A stretch of 64,000 nt of DNA from Bacteroidales bacterium (GTDB taxonomy: Bacteria > Bacteroidota > Bacteroidia > Bacteroidales > UBA3824), in the NCBI GenBank assembly GCA_017412115.1, contig JAFPYR010000053.1, forward strand, positions 62,815 through 126,814, in the 5' to 3' direction. The notes under the pieces were generated by a model. That model saw nothing but the letters and a program-made list of their open reading frames with translations. It had not been told where the DNA came from and ran no database searches. Each line of letters starts with the position of its first letter. Position 1 is the stretch's first letter. The position numbers and the translations under genes were made by a program. Below are positions 28,932 through 38,550 of the stretch, piece after piece.

Positions 28932-30869
28932 ATGAAAAAAATAGTTTTAATGTTTGCCGTGCTTTTTCTTGCACTATATGTTAAAGCCGGTGAAATCAAG
29001 ATTACAAGTCCCGACGGTAAAATCACCGTTATCGTAGAAAATGACAACGGAAAACCGTCGTACAAAGTTCTTTTAGAGAACAAAATTTTTATAAAAAATT
29101 CGCCTTTAGGAATAAAAACCAATATCGGCGATTTTTCACAAAATCTCAAAACATTAGCACCGGAAATCTCTAAAACCTCAAAAGAATACCGCCTGAAAAA
29201 CATAAAACAAAGTCTGGTTAATTTCAATGCTACAACAGCCGTAATCCCGTTTGAACAAGAAGGCAAAAAAGTTATGGAAGTAATTTTTTCGGTTTCTGAC
29301 AAAGACGTTGCCTTCAGATACAGAATTTTACCTAAAGGCGAAACAAGAGTTTGCGTTGTAGAGGAAGAATTAAGCGGTTTTTCACTCCCGGAATCCACCA
29401 CGACATTTCTCTGCCCGCAGTCAAAACCGATGGGCGGATTTGCCAGAACTTCACCGAGTTACGAAACTCCTTACAGTCTGGACGAGGCCACAGGCAAAAA
29501 CGGTTGGGGCGAAGGTTACACTTTCCCGTGCCTTTTCAAAAATGCCTCTGACGGGTGGATTTTAATCAGCGAAACCGGCACTGACGGCGGTTATGTAGGT
29601 TGCAGACTTCTCAACAAATCAAATGCCGATTACAAAATCGGTTTTCCACAGCAAGGAGAATGTAACGGTATCGGTTCTATAACGCCCGCAATGTCGCTGC
29701 CCGGCGAAACACCTTGGCGCACAATCACTTTGGGCAAAACCTTAAAAAATATCGTAGAAACCACGGTTGCATTCGATTTAACGGAGCAAAAATACAGAGC
29801 CTCAAGAGATTACACCTACGGCAAAGGTTCATGGAGTTGGATTATCGGTATGGACGGCAGCTGCAATTATGACGAGCAAAAACGTTACATTGATTTTTCC
29901 GCAGCAATGGGCTACCAAAGCGTTTTGATTGACGCATTTTGGGACAAACAAATCGGTTATGACAAAATCCGCGAACTTGCTGATTACGGAAGAGAAAAAG
30001 GCGTAGGATTGTTTTTATGGTACAATTCTAACGGAAGTTGGAACGATGCTTTTCAAACTCCTATCGACAAAATGAACAATTCCCTTAACCGCAGAAAAGA
30101 GATGAAATGGCTTCAAGAAACCGGTATCCGTGGCATCAAAGTAGACTTTTTCGGCGGTGACAAACAAAACATGATGCAACTTTATCAAGACATTTTGTCG
30201 GATGCCAACGATTTCGGTTTGTTGGTAATTTTCCACGGCTGCACTCTGCCCAGAGGTTGGGAAAAAATGTATCCTAACTATGCGGCTTCTGAGGCTGTTT
30301 TGGCGTCAGAAAACTTACATTTCGGACAAGGCTCATGCGATAACGAAGCTAAAAATGCCACTATCCATCCTTTTATCCGCAACACAGTCGGCTCTATGGA
30401 CTTCGGCGGAAGCACTTTGAATAAGTTTTACAGCGCTGACAATCAGCACGGAACAAAACGCATGACATCAGATGTTTTTGCACTTTCAACGGCAGTTTTG
30501 TTTCAGAGTGCGGTTCAGCATTTTGCACTTGCTCCCAACAATTTAACCGATGCACCCGCTTGGGCAATCGACTTTATGAAAAAAATTCCCACAGTTTGGG
30601 ACGAAGTTAAATTTATCGACGGTTATCCGGGCAAATACATTATTTTGGCACGCCGCAGCGGTGATAAATGGTATATTGCCGGTGTTAATGCCGAAAACCA
30701 AACGTTAGTAAAAACGATTGATTTGCCGATGTTAAAAGCCGAAACTACGGTAAAACTTTACAGCGACGATGCTAAACTCAACGGCTCACTGAAAGAAGTT
30801 AAAACCTCAAAAAAACAGCAACTTACAATCACTATCCCCTGCAATGGCGGTGTAGTAATCATGAACTAA
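28932..30869 (+). CDS. Glycoside hydrolase family 97 (alpha-glucosidase/alpha-galactosidase type), secreted
   Basis: Signal peptide. The length and the motifs GSWSWIIG, GIRGIKVDFFGGDKQ and FHGCTLPRGW fit GH97. No SusC/SusD neighbours are present. Confidence 0.8.
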   Translation: MKKIVLMFAVLFLALYVKAGEIKITSPDGKITVIVENDNGKPSYKVLLENKIFIKNSPLGIKTNIGDFSQNLKTLAPEISKTSKEYRLKNIKQSLVNFNATTAVIPFEQEGKKVMEVIFSVSDKDVAFRYRILPKGETRVCVVEEELSGFSLPESTTTFLCPQSKPMGGFARTSPSYETPYSLDEATGKNGWGEGYTFPCLFKNASDGWILISETGTDGGYVGCRLLNKSNADYKIGFPQQGECNGIGSITPAMSLPGETPWRTITLGKTLKNIVETTVAFDLTEQKYRASRDYTYGKGSWSWIIGMDGSCNYDEQKRYIDFSAAMGYQSVLIDAFWDKQIGYDKIRELADYGREKGVGLFLWYNSNGSWNDAFQTPIDKMNNSLNRRKEMKWLQETGIRGIKVDFFGGDKQNMMQLYQDILSDANDFGLLVIFHGCTLPRGWEKMYPNYAASEAVLASENLHFGQGSCDNEAKNATIHPFIRNTVGSMDFGGSTLNKFYSADNQHGTKRMTSDVFALSTAVLFQSAVQHFALAPNNLTDAPAWAIDFMKKIPTVWDEVKFIDGYPGKYIILARRSGDKWYIAGVNAENQTLVKTIDLPMLKAETTVKLYSDDAKLNGSLKEVKTSKKQQLTITIPCNGGVVIMN

Positions 30870-30876
30870 AAAAAGA

Positions 30877-30925
30877 AAAGGAATTTTCCGAAAAAGTTTT
30901 TGTTTCGGAAAATTCCTTTTTATTT
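30877..30925. terminator. Bidirectional terminator between the convergent GH97 and aminotransferase genes
   Basis: Perfect 17-nt stem aaaggaattttccgaaa / tttcggaaaattccttt flanked by A- and T-runs. Confidence 0.75.
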
Positions 30926-30965
30926 AAAAAGCTTTTTTTAAAAGAAAAAACTTCTTTTTTTCTAA

Positions 30966-32156
30966 TTATTTCAACAATGCCAATGTTTTTCTAAGGCGTT
31001 TGAATGCTTCTTCGATTCTGTCAAAACCGACAACATAACTCATTCTAATACAAGAATCTACACCGAAAGCACCACCGGCAACTGTAGCAACGTGAGCCTC
31101 GTTCAAGAGGAAATCTGCCAATTCAAACGAATTTTCGATTTTTTTGCCGTTAAAACTTTTTCCGATATAAGAGCTGAAATCTGCAAAACAATAGAATGTA
31201 GCTGGCGGAACGTTGAGTTTTACGCCCGGAAGACTACGCAAGCCTTCAACCATCATATCACGGCGTTTCAAAAGGATTTCGTTGTTAGAGGCGATAATTG
31301 ACTGATCTCCGTTAAGAGCCTCAATAGCAGCTCTTTGAGCGATAGAACACGTACCTGAAGTAGTTTGACCCTGAAGTTTTTTAACAGCCTTTGCAATTTC
31401 GGGAGTAGAGGCCATATAACCGATTCTCCAGCCGGTCATAGCGTAAGCTTTTGAAAGACCGTTAATTACAACAGTCTGATTTTTAACGCCTTCAAACTGA
31501 GCAATCGTTTCGTGTTTTCCGTCGTAAGTCAAATGTTCGTAAATTTCATCCGAAATAATAGCAATTTCAGGATGCTTTGCCAAAACATCAGCAAGAGCTT
31601 TAAGCTCCTCTTTCGTGTAAATGCTTCCTGAAGGGTTTGACGGGTCGTTGAGAACGAAACCGTGAGTCTTGTCGGTAATAGCATTTTCCAATTGTTCAGG
31701 CGTAATTTTATAATAATTTTCAGCCTTTCCTTCAATTATTACGGGAGTTGCATTGCAAAGATGTGCTAATTCAATGTACGAAACCCAATAAGGAGTCGGA
31801 ATTATCACTTCATCACCTTCCTGAAAAAGAACTTGAAAAACGTTAGCAAGACATTGTTTAGCACCTGTTGAAACAACGATTTGATTTTCAGCATAATCAA
31901 GATTGTTTTCACGCTTGAATTTAGCTTGAACAGCTTTTATCAAATCCTTATAACCCGGAACGGGGCTGTAAAAAGAAAAGTTCTCGTCGATAGCCTTTTT
32001 AGCAGCTTGTTTTACATTATCCGGTGTAAAAAAGTCCGGCTGACCGACAGTCAGGTTTACTACGTCAACGCCTTTCTCCTTGAGTTCGGCACTTTTTTGA
32101 CTCATTGCAAGAGTCTGCGACTCAGCAACTCTGTTAATTCTTGAAGATAATCTCAT
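30966..32156 (-). CDS. Class I PLP aminotransferase (aspartate aminotransferase type)
   Basis: 396 aa. SKAYAMTGWRIGY carries the PLP lysine. The NPSNPSG motif is present. Confidence 0.85.
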   Translation of the reverse strand: MRLSSRINRVAESQTLAMSQKSAELKEKGVDVVNLTVGQPDFFTPDNVKQAAKKAIDENFSFYSPVPGYKDLIKAVQAKFKRENNLDYAENQIVVSTGAKQCLANVFQVLFQEGDEVIIPTPYWVSYIELAHLCNATPVIIEGKAENYYKITPEQLENAITDKTHGFVLNDPSNPSGSIYTKEELKALADVLAKHPEIAIISDEIYEHLTYDGKHETIAQFEGVKNQTVVINGLSKAYAMTGWRIGYMASTPEIAKAVKKLQGQTTSGTCSIAQRAAIEALNGDQSIIASNNEILLKRRDMMVEGLRSLPGVKLNVPPATFYCFADFSSYIGKSFNGKKIENSFELADFLLNEAHVATVAGGAFGVDSCIRMSYVVGFDRIEEAFKRLRKTLALLK

Positions 32157-32236
32157 TTTTGATGAATTTTTATCAATTTATACTGCGCAAAAATAAAAAT
32201 TTCTTTGAAAATTAATATAAATTAAACGTTATTTTT

Positions 32237-34726
32237 CTAAAGCGGATCAACATTAATGCTGATTATCAATCCCGCTTTCAAAGCCATGGACTTTGTATAA
32301 TTAACGGCGTCAAGAATTATTTTTTTAGCTTGCTGACCGTAATGTTTTCTACTGATTTTCAACATAATTTCTTTAATATAAAGGTTTTGAATCCGCGAAA
32401 CGAGCGGAAATTCCGGTCCCATAACTCCTGAAGAAAAAACTTTCCTCAAATTAGAAGCTAACATCATGGCGCACCGGCTCATTTCAGCCTCGTCCTTGTG
32501 TTTAATCTGAATTTTTATCAAACGGGTGTAAGGCGGATATGCGAAACGGTTTCTCTCTGCAATCAGCCTTGCATACATATTCTTGTAATTATGACTTACG
32601 ACATCTTTAAAAATCTCATTTTCAGGATTTGAGGTTTGAATTACGACCCGTGAGCCCTCAAGATGTCGCCCTACCCTACCGCTGACTTGAGTCAGTTGCT
32701 GAAAAGTTTTTTCTTCAGCCCTGAAATCAGGGAAAAACAACATCGTATCAGCATCAAGTATGCCGCAAAGCGTAAGCCGCTTAAAATCAAATCCTTTTGA
32801 AATCATTTGCGTACCTGTCAAAATGTCAGTTGAGCCGTTTTCAAAATCGTAAATCACTTGTTCAAACTTTGACCTTGAGGTTGTGATATCAGCGTCAAGA
32901 CGGGAAATTTTTGCCTCAGGGAAAAAAATTTTAATTTCATCTTCGACTTTTTCGGTTCCGAAACCCTTGGTAATCAGAACACTATCATTACAAGCCGAAC
33001 ATTTTTTCGGCATATCGGTAACATAACCGCAATGATGACAAACAAGACGGTTTTCCCGCTTATGATAAGTCAAAGTAACATCGCAATTCTCGCAAACGGG
33101 AATCCAACCGCAAGAAGAACACTCCACGTAAGGAGAAAATCCGCGTCTGTTACGGTAAAGTATAGTTTGCTTTTTTTCAGCAATATTTTTTTCAATTCTT
33201 TTAATCAGACCATCATAAAACAAGGACTTCATCTGTCCCCTTTTTTGAGCAGTCCGCGTATTAACAATTTCTATTTCAGGGAGTTTGAAATCTGCATAAC
33301 GGGAAGACAGTTCAACCAAAGAATACTTTCCCGTCGTAGCGTTAAAATAAGTTTCAAAAGAAGGCGTTGCCGAGCCTAAAAGCACTTTAGCAGAATGGAA
33401 ACCCGCTAAAACCAAAGCGCAATCCCTCGCATTATATCTCGGCTGAGGATCGGCTTGTTTGTAAGAACTTTCATGCTCTTCATCCACTATTATAAGTCCT
33501 AAATCGCTGAAAGGCAAAAAGATAGAAGACCTTACCCCGACAATAAGTTTGTAAGAGGAAAGATTATCCTTATCAACAAGATTTTGCCAAATTTCGGAAC
33601 GTTCATAATCCGAAATTTTAGAATGGTAAATTCCGACTTTGGAGCCGAAAACTTTTTGTAAACGTCTGATAATCTGAGAAGTAAGTACAATTTCAGGCAA
33701 AAGATAAAGCACTTGTTTGCCTAAAGAAAGATATTTGTCGATAAGGCGGATATAAATTTCGGTTTTGCCGCTGCCCGTAACTCCAAAAAGCAAAGCTGCA
33801 TTTTTTTCTAAAAAACTGCTTTCTATTTTTTCTAACGCATTTTTCTGAGTTTCAGTAAGTTCATGATAAAGTTCCAAATCGCCCTCATACATGGAAAGAC
33901 GGCTGACTTCACGTTCTTCTTCCAAAAGTATTTGCTTATCAATCAAAGAGTTAAGCGAAGATGACGAAAATTTTGAATCGGAAAATCTTTTTTTATCAAT
34001 TTCTCCGAATGAAACGATTTTAGAATCCTCAGCCAGAAAACCCGATTGAGAAAAATAATAATACAAAATTTCAGCTTGCTTCGGAGCTCTCTTAGACAAT
34101 TCATCCAAAAGCGTAATTATCTGTTTTTCAGAATGGAACAGATTTTTGTTAAGTGATAAAAATTTTTCAGTTTTAGGACGGAATTTTTCCTGAATAACTT
34201 TATCGGCAACAAGATAACCGTTAAAAATAAGATTTTTTACTAAAGAAATATTGTTTTTTAACCCCGTATATTTTCCCACTTTTGAGAGTTCCAACTCTGT
34301 TAAACTCGGAGTAAAAGCTCCCAAAAGCTGAACCTCTTTCGGTTTCAACTCGTTGAAATCCAAAGGTTTAGCAGTTCTAAAAAGTAATGTTTGGGATTCC
34401 AATTTCAACATTGCCGGCACAGCGGCACGATAAACCTCGCCTACCGAACACATATAATAGGAAGCAATCCAATCCCAAAACTTGAGTTGGATTGCATTTA
34501 TTATAGGTTTGGAATCTAAAACTTCTAAGATTTCCTTTATCTCAAAATCGCCTTCGGCAGTATCATCTACAGAATAAACGACAGCCGAATATAATTTGCT
34601 TTTACCGAAGGGTACAACGACACGACTTCCTACAAAGCAAAGATTTTGAAATGTTTCGGGAATTGCATAAGTAAACAATTGCGGTAAAGACAATGGTAAT
34701 ATAACTTTCGCAAATTTCCGAAACAT
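32237..34726 (-). CDS. priA: Primosomal protein N' (replication restart helicase)
   Basis: Walker A GVTGSGKTE, DEEH box, and the Cys-rich zinc module CSSCGW..CENC...CHHCG..CSAC. Confidence 0.9.
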   Translation of the reverse strand: MFRKFAKVILPLSLPQLFTYAIPETFQNLCFVGSRVVVPFGKSKLYSAVVYSVDDTAEGDFEIKEILEVLDSKPIINAIQLKFWDWIASYYMCSVGEVYRAAVPAMLKLESQTLLFRTAKPLDFNELKPKEVQLLGAFTPSLTELELSKVGKYTGLKNNISLVKNLIFNGYLVADKVIQEKFRPKTEKFLSLNKNLFHSEKQIITLLDELSKRAPKQAEILYYYFSQSGFLAEDSKIVSFGEIDKKRFSDSKFSSSSLNSLIDKQILLEEEREVSRLSMYEGDLELYHELTETQKNALEKIESSFLEKNAALLFGVTGSGKTEIYIRLIDKYLSLGKQVLYLLPEIVLTSQIIRRLQKVFGSKVGIYHSKISDYERSEIWQNLVDKDNLSSYKLIVGVRSSIFLPFSDLGLIIVDEEHESSYKQADPQPRYNARDCALVLAGFHSAKVLLGSATPSFETYFNATTGKYSLVELSSRYADFKLPEIEIVNTRTAQKRGQMKSLFYDGLIKRIEKNIAEKKQTILYRNRRGFSPYVECSSCGWIPVCENCDVTLTYHKRENRLVCHHCGYVTDMPKKCSACNDSVLITKGFGTEKVEDEIKIFFPEAKISRLDADITTSRSKFEQVIYDFENGSTDILTGTQMISKGFDFKRLTLCGILDADTMLFFPDFRAEEKTFQQLTQVSGRVGRHLEGSRVVIQTSNPENEIFKDVVSHNYKNMYARLIAERNRFAYPPYTRLIKIQIKHKDEAEMSRCAMMLASNLRKVFSSGVMGPEFPLVSRIQNLYIKEIMLKISRKHYGQQAKKIILDAVNYTKSMALKAGLIISINVDPL

Positions 34727-34756
34727 CAGATGTTATTAAAAATTACAAATCAAATA

Positions 34757-36865
34757 CTAAATTTTAGTTTCAGGATAACCGCCTTGCTTCTTGTAACCTG
34801 AACTCTTATAACCCGGATTCTTCAATCTGTTAGGAACTGACTGAACAGGACGTATCAACAAAGTTTTCGCTCCTTGTTTCAAAACTTCAAATTCCAAACG
34901 CCTATTGAATCTTGTTGACTCTTTATCAACAACACCGTTATATAAATTATAAGTCATCGGATTTTCTTCACCACATGATGCAGCTTCAACTTGAGAAACA
35001 ACATTAACTTTTTTCCCCTTCAAATAATCAACGGCAGCATTTGCTCTCTTGAGTCCGAGTCCGTAGTTGAAAAATGCGGGACCCTCTGAATCGCAATAAC
35101 CAATTATCTGAATTTTAGCAGTTGTGTTTTCGTTCAAGTAATCTGCCAATTTATCCAAATCTTCATCCTTTGAAATAATCATCTTATCATCAGCGAAGTC
35201 GAAATAGATGTCATGAATCTCAATTGTGTAATCATATTTTGATTCATCTCCATCGGTAATTTGTTCGCCCGATACAACAATGTCTTGGGGACATTCAAAT
35301 CCCGGATCAAGTTTCACAGTCTTGTAATCTTGCTCAGGGGCAGCACCAAAGGCAACATCAAAAATTTCAGAGAAAACCTCACTACCATTTTTATAAGCGG
35401 TCAATGTATAATTGTGTCCGCGGTAAGTATTGATTTTATATTCACCAGTTGTATTATCGGGAGTATATTCAAAATCCTCTCCGGTACTATTGTCACGAAC
35501 TTTTATAAGACCTTTATAATACTCTTTTGAACAATCCTCAACTTTTGCGTTAAGAATAGTAGTTTCAGTTTTCATCAAAGCACTCGGTCCGAAAACATAA
35601 AGGTCTGAGGCACCCATACCGTTAGCTCTTGTTGAAGAGAAATAAATCTTTCCGTCAGAGGTTTTGCTCATGAAAACCTCGTCAGCACAAGTATTAACGG
35701 GATAACCTAAATTCTCTGGCTCTGACCAATTTGTTAAATCGCCGGTAGATTTAAACATATCGTAACCGCCCATACCTTTATGACCTTTTGAACTAAAATA
35801 CAATGTACCGTCATCAGCAATATAAGCTCCTTCCTCATCTTGATCAGTATTGATAACACTTCCCAAATTTACGGCAGGACCCCACTCGCCATCTACACGC
35901 TCCGAAACATAAAGGTCTAAACCACCGTAACCGCCAGGGCGATTGCTCGTAAAATACAATTTAGAACCGTCTTTAGAAATGTCTGCGTGAGTTTCACGGT
36001 AATTAGTATTGATATTAGAGTTCAACTCTACGGGTTCGCCCCAAGAATTGCCCTGTTTCTTTGATACCATAATCGTTCCGTTCATCTCATCATTATAAAT
36101 GTACATTTCGTTGCCGTCATTAGAGATGCTAAGAACCGAAATATGCGTGCCTACCAAATTAATGTTAGAATTAAGAGGTTGAGGATCTACAAATGTGCCC
36201 GTTGTATTATCACGCGTACATTTGAAAATATTTTCATCATACGCATTATCATCCTCCATCTCATGTCCTTCTATTTTTTTACGTGAAGTATAATACAACT
36301 CGTTACCAGATTTAGTAACAACAGGCGAATTGTTAGCCTCACTACCGTTTACAAAAGCACCTAAATTGAGCGCAACCCAATCCTTAGGATTAGCTTTGGA
36401 CTCTACTGAATAATTACAAAGGTCAATCTCTTGTTGAACTTTGTCCTTCAAATCTTTTTTCTTAACATTCTCTTTCAAAGGATTAAGTACATTAAGAGCT
36501 TCATTCACCTTGTCTGACTGTCTCAACGCACTTGCTAAATACAACTGCGAGGTCTGAGCAAGAGGCTTTTTTGCCTTCTGCTTGTCAGTATATAAACTTT
36601 CAGCCTTTTTTAATTCCTGAACAGCCAAGTCTTTCTTGCCGGTTTGCAAATAACAATATCCTAATTGTGAATGATAATAAGGATTTTCCGGCTTACTCTC
36701 TGTTAATTGTTTATAATTTTTAACCGCCGTAGCCCAATCATTGCTGTTAAAAGCAACTTCCGCATCATTTATTACCGTCTTGTCCTGCGCCGAAACATTC
36801 TCAGATGAAAGCACCCCGACCGCAGTCATCAATACCAACGATAATGATAAAAGCTTGTTTTTCAT
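34757..36865 (-). CDS. TPR + PD40/WD40-like beta-propeller (TolB-like) + OmpA-domain envelope protein
   Basis: Signal peptide, N-terminal TPRs, repeated S.DG..(L/I)YF(S/T)S motifs, and a C-terminal OmpA-like domain ending NRRLEFEV. Confidence 0.8.
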   Translation of the reverse strand: MKNKLLSLSLVLMTAVGVLSSENVSAQDKTVINDAEVAFNSNDWATAVKNYKQLTESKPENPYYHSQLGYCYLQTGKKDLAVQELKKAESLYTDKQKAKKPLAQTSQLYLASALRQSDKVNEALNVLNPLKENVKKKDLKDKVQQEIDLCNYSVESKANPKDWVALNLGAFVNGSEANNSPVVTKSGNELYYTSRKKIEGHEMEDDNAYDENIFKCTRDNTTGTFVDPQPLNSNINLVGTHISVLSISNDGNEMYIYNDEMNGTIMVSKKQGNSWGEPVELNSNINTNYRETHADISKDGSKLYFTSNRPGGYGGLDLYVSERVDGEWGPAVNLGSVINTDQDEEGAYIADDGTLYFSSKGHKGMGGYDMFKSTGDLTNWSEPENLGYPVNTCADEVFMSKTSDGKIYFSSTRANGMGASDLYVFGPSALMKTETTILNAKVEDCSKEYYKGLIKVRDNSTGEDFEYTPDNTTGEYKINTYRGHNYTLTAYKNGSEVFSEIFDVAFGAAPEQDYKTVKLDPGFECPQDIVVSGEQITDGDESKYDYTIEIHDIYFDFADDKMIISKDEDLDKLADYLNENTTAKIQIIGYCDSEGPAFFNYGLGLKRANAAVDYLKGKKVNVVSQVEAASCGEENPMTYNLYNGVVDKESTRFNRRLEFEVLKQGAKTLLIRPVQSVPNRLKNPGYKSSGYKKQGGYPETKI

Positions 36866-37010
36866 ATTTTTTTTAAGTTAGGACTTTATGATTAAACTCT
36901 TATTTTTTCCTTTAATAATCGCACAAAGATAATAATCTTTTCAATCAACAAAAAATTTTTTTTCAAATCTTTTAAGTTTTTTTAGCAAAAAATCACTATC
37001 TTATCTTAAA

Positions 37011-38168
37011 CTATTCATTATCAGAATAATAAACCTCAGGCAATTTTCTCAAATTGTACTGAGATGCCATAATTTCCCCATATGCACCTGCCGAAGAGAA
37101 CGATAATAAGTCGCCTCTTGAAGTCCCCTTCAGTTCCAAATGTTTCACAAAAACGTCAGTTGATTCGCAAATCGGACCCACAACATCATAAATTTTTGTC
37201 TCTGAAGATTGCGATGTCAAATTCTCAATTTTGTGATATGCGCCGTACAATGCGGGACGGATAAGGTCGGTAAAACCGGCGTCCAAAATCGCAAAATTAG
37301 TTTCTCTGGCAGGTTTAATGTACAAAACCTTTGAAATTAATTTGCCGCATTGCGCAACTACTGAGCGTCCTAATTCAAAATGAACTCTCTGACCTTTACG
37401 CACTTTCAAATTTTGATTTATCAGCGAGAAGAATTTTTGGAATTCAGGTACAGGATTTTCCTCCGGGTTGTAATAATCAATACCTAAACCGCCACCTAAA
37501 TTAATCTCAGGCAACTCGTAACCCAAAGCAAGAAGTTTTTCCTGCATCTCGTTACTACGCTCACAAAGCAATTTAAAAGGCTCAAAATCAAGTATTTGAG
37601 AACCAATATGATAATGAAGTCCGATTAATTTTATGTTTTTGAAACCGGAAATCTCTTTGATGGTATTCTCCAAAAAATTAAAATCTATACCGAACTTACT
37701 GTCAGCCAAGCCCGTATTGATTTTCTGATTGGTGTGTGCGTCAATACCCGGATTAAGCCTCAAAGCTATTTGCGCTGTCTTGCCAAGCGAGAAAGCCAAG
37801 GAATTAATCACTTCGATTTCTTGAACCGACTCACAGTTAAAACAGAAAATACCGCATTTCAAAGCCGAAATTATCTCGCCGTCACTTTTGCCGACTCCCG
37901 CAAAAACTATTTTTGAAGGTTCAAAACCACATTCGGCTGCCTTTAAAACCTCGTTTCCGCTAACACAATCGGCTCCGAAACCATAGGAACTTATAAGACG
38001 CAAAATTTTTTCATTAGCATTGGCCTTAACAGCATAATGAACATTATAACCGTATTTATCAGCCTCTTTTTTTAAGGTTTCAAGAGTAAGGCGCAACAAG
38101 CCTAAATCGTAATAATAAAAAGGTGTTTGAAAAGTTTTAAATTTGTTAATTAAATCGCTGCTATACAT
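37011..38168 (-). CDS. lysA: Diaminopimelate decarboxylase
   Basis: Orn/DAP/Arg decarboxylase family. YAVKAN carries the PLP lysine. HIGSQ, GGGLGI and the SAGAYG C-terminal motif are present. The ATG at 38168 was verified; the track start at 38213 is GTG. Confidence 0.88.
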   Translation of the reverse strand: MYSSDLINKFKTFQTPFYYYDLGLLRLTLETLKKEADKYGYNVHYAVKANANEKILRLISSYGFGADCVSGNEVLKAAECGFEPSKIVFAGVGKSDGEIISALKCGIFCFNCESVQEIEVINSLAFSLGKTAQIALRLNPGIDAHTNQKINTGLADSKFGIDFNFLENTIKEISGFKNIKLIGLHYHIGSQILDFEPFKLLCERSNEMQEKLLALGYELPEINLGGGLGIDYYNPEENPVPEFQKFFSLINQNLKVRKGQRVHFELGRSVVAQCGKLISKVLYIKPARETNFAILDAGFTDLIRPALYGAYHKIENLTSQSSETKIYDVVGPICESTDVFVKHLELKGTSRGDLLSFSSAGAYGEIMASQYNLRKLPEVYYSDNE

Positions 38169-38550
38169 TATTGATTTTTTTTTGACCGACGTTAAATTTT
38201 TTTTATGCAACACTTTGCCGTTAAATATTAAAAAGTGTTTTTAAAAACTAAAAAAAATTTCACGAGGGTTTGGGTTTACGGCTGCAAATTTATACTAATT
38301 TTTCTAAAAATCAGCGTTTTAAATCAAATTTTAAACAAAAATATTTCTTATATATCGTATTAATAACCAACAAATTACAAAAAAAATCAATTAAAATTGC
38401 AATTTATTTTTTAGATTTGTAAAAAAAAAATTAAATTTGAAAACTCTAAAATGCTGTAATCGTGTTAGAAGTTTTTGCAAAAAAACAAAAAAACGGCAAT
38501 AAATTTGATAACAGAATTGTTAAGATAACGGCAGATAATTTAAAGGAAAA

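Noticed and set aside
28913-29401. 162-aa minus-strand ORF overlapping the 5' end of GH97; also the 39271..39753 and 40602..40958 minus-strand ORFs inside the sensory operon
   Set aside because: They are nested antisense to genes with clear domain content and have no independent signals.
38169-38550. Possible lysine riboswitch (L-box) upstream of lysA in the 337-nt intergenic region
   Set aside because: A TAaaTTTG box on the minus strand leaves a leader of only about 110 nt, which is A/T-rich and lacks the conserved L-box helices and motifs I would expect. The region mainly serves the divergent sensory-operon promoter.
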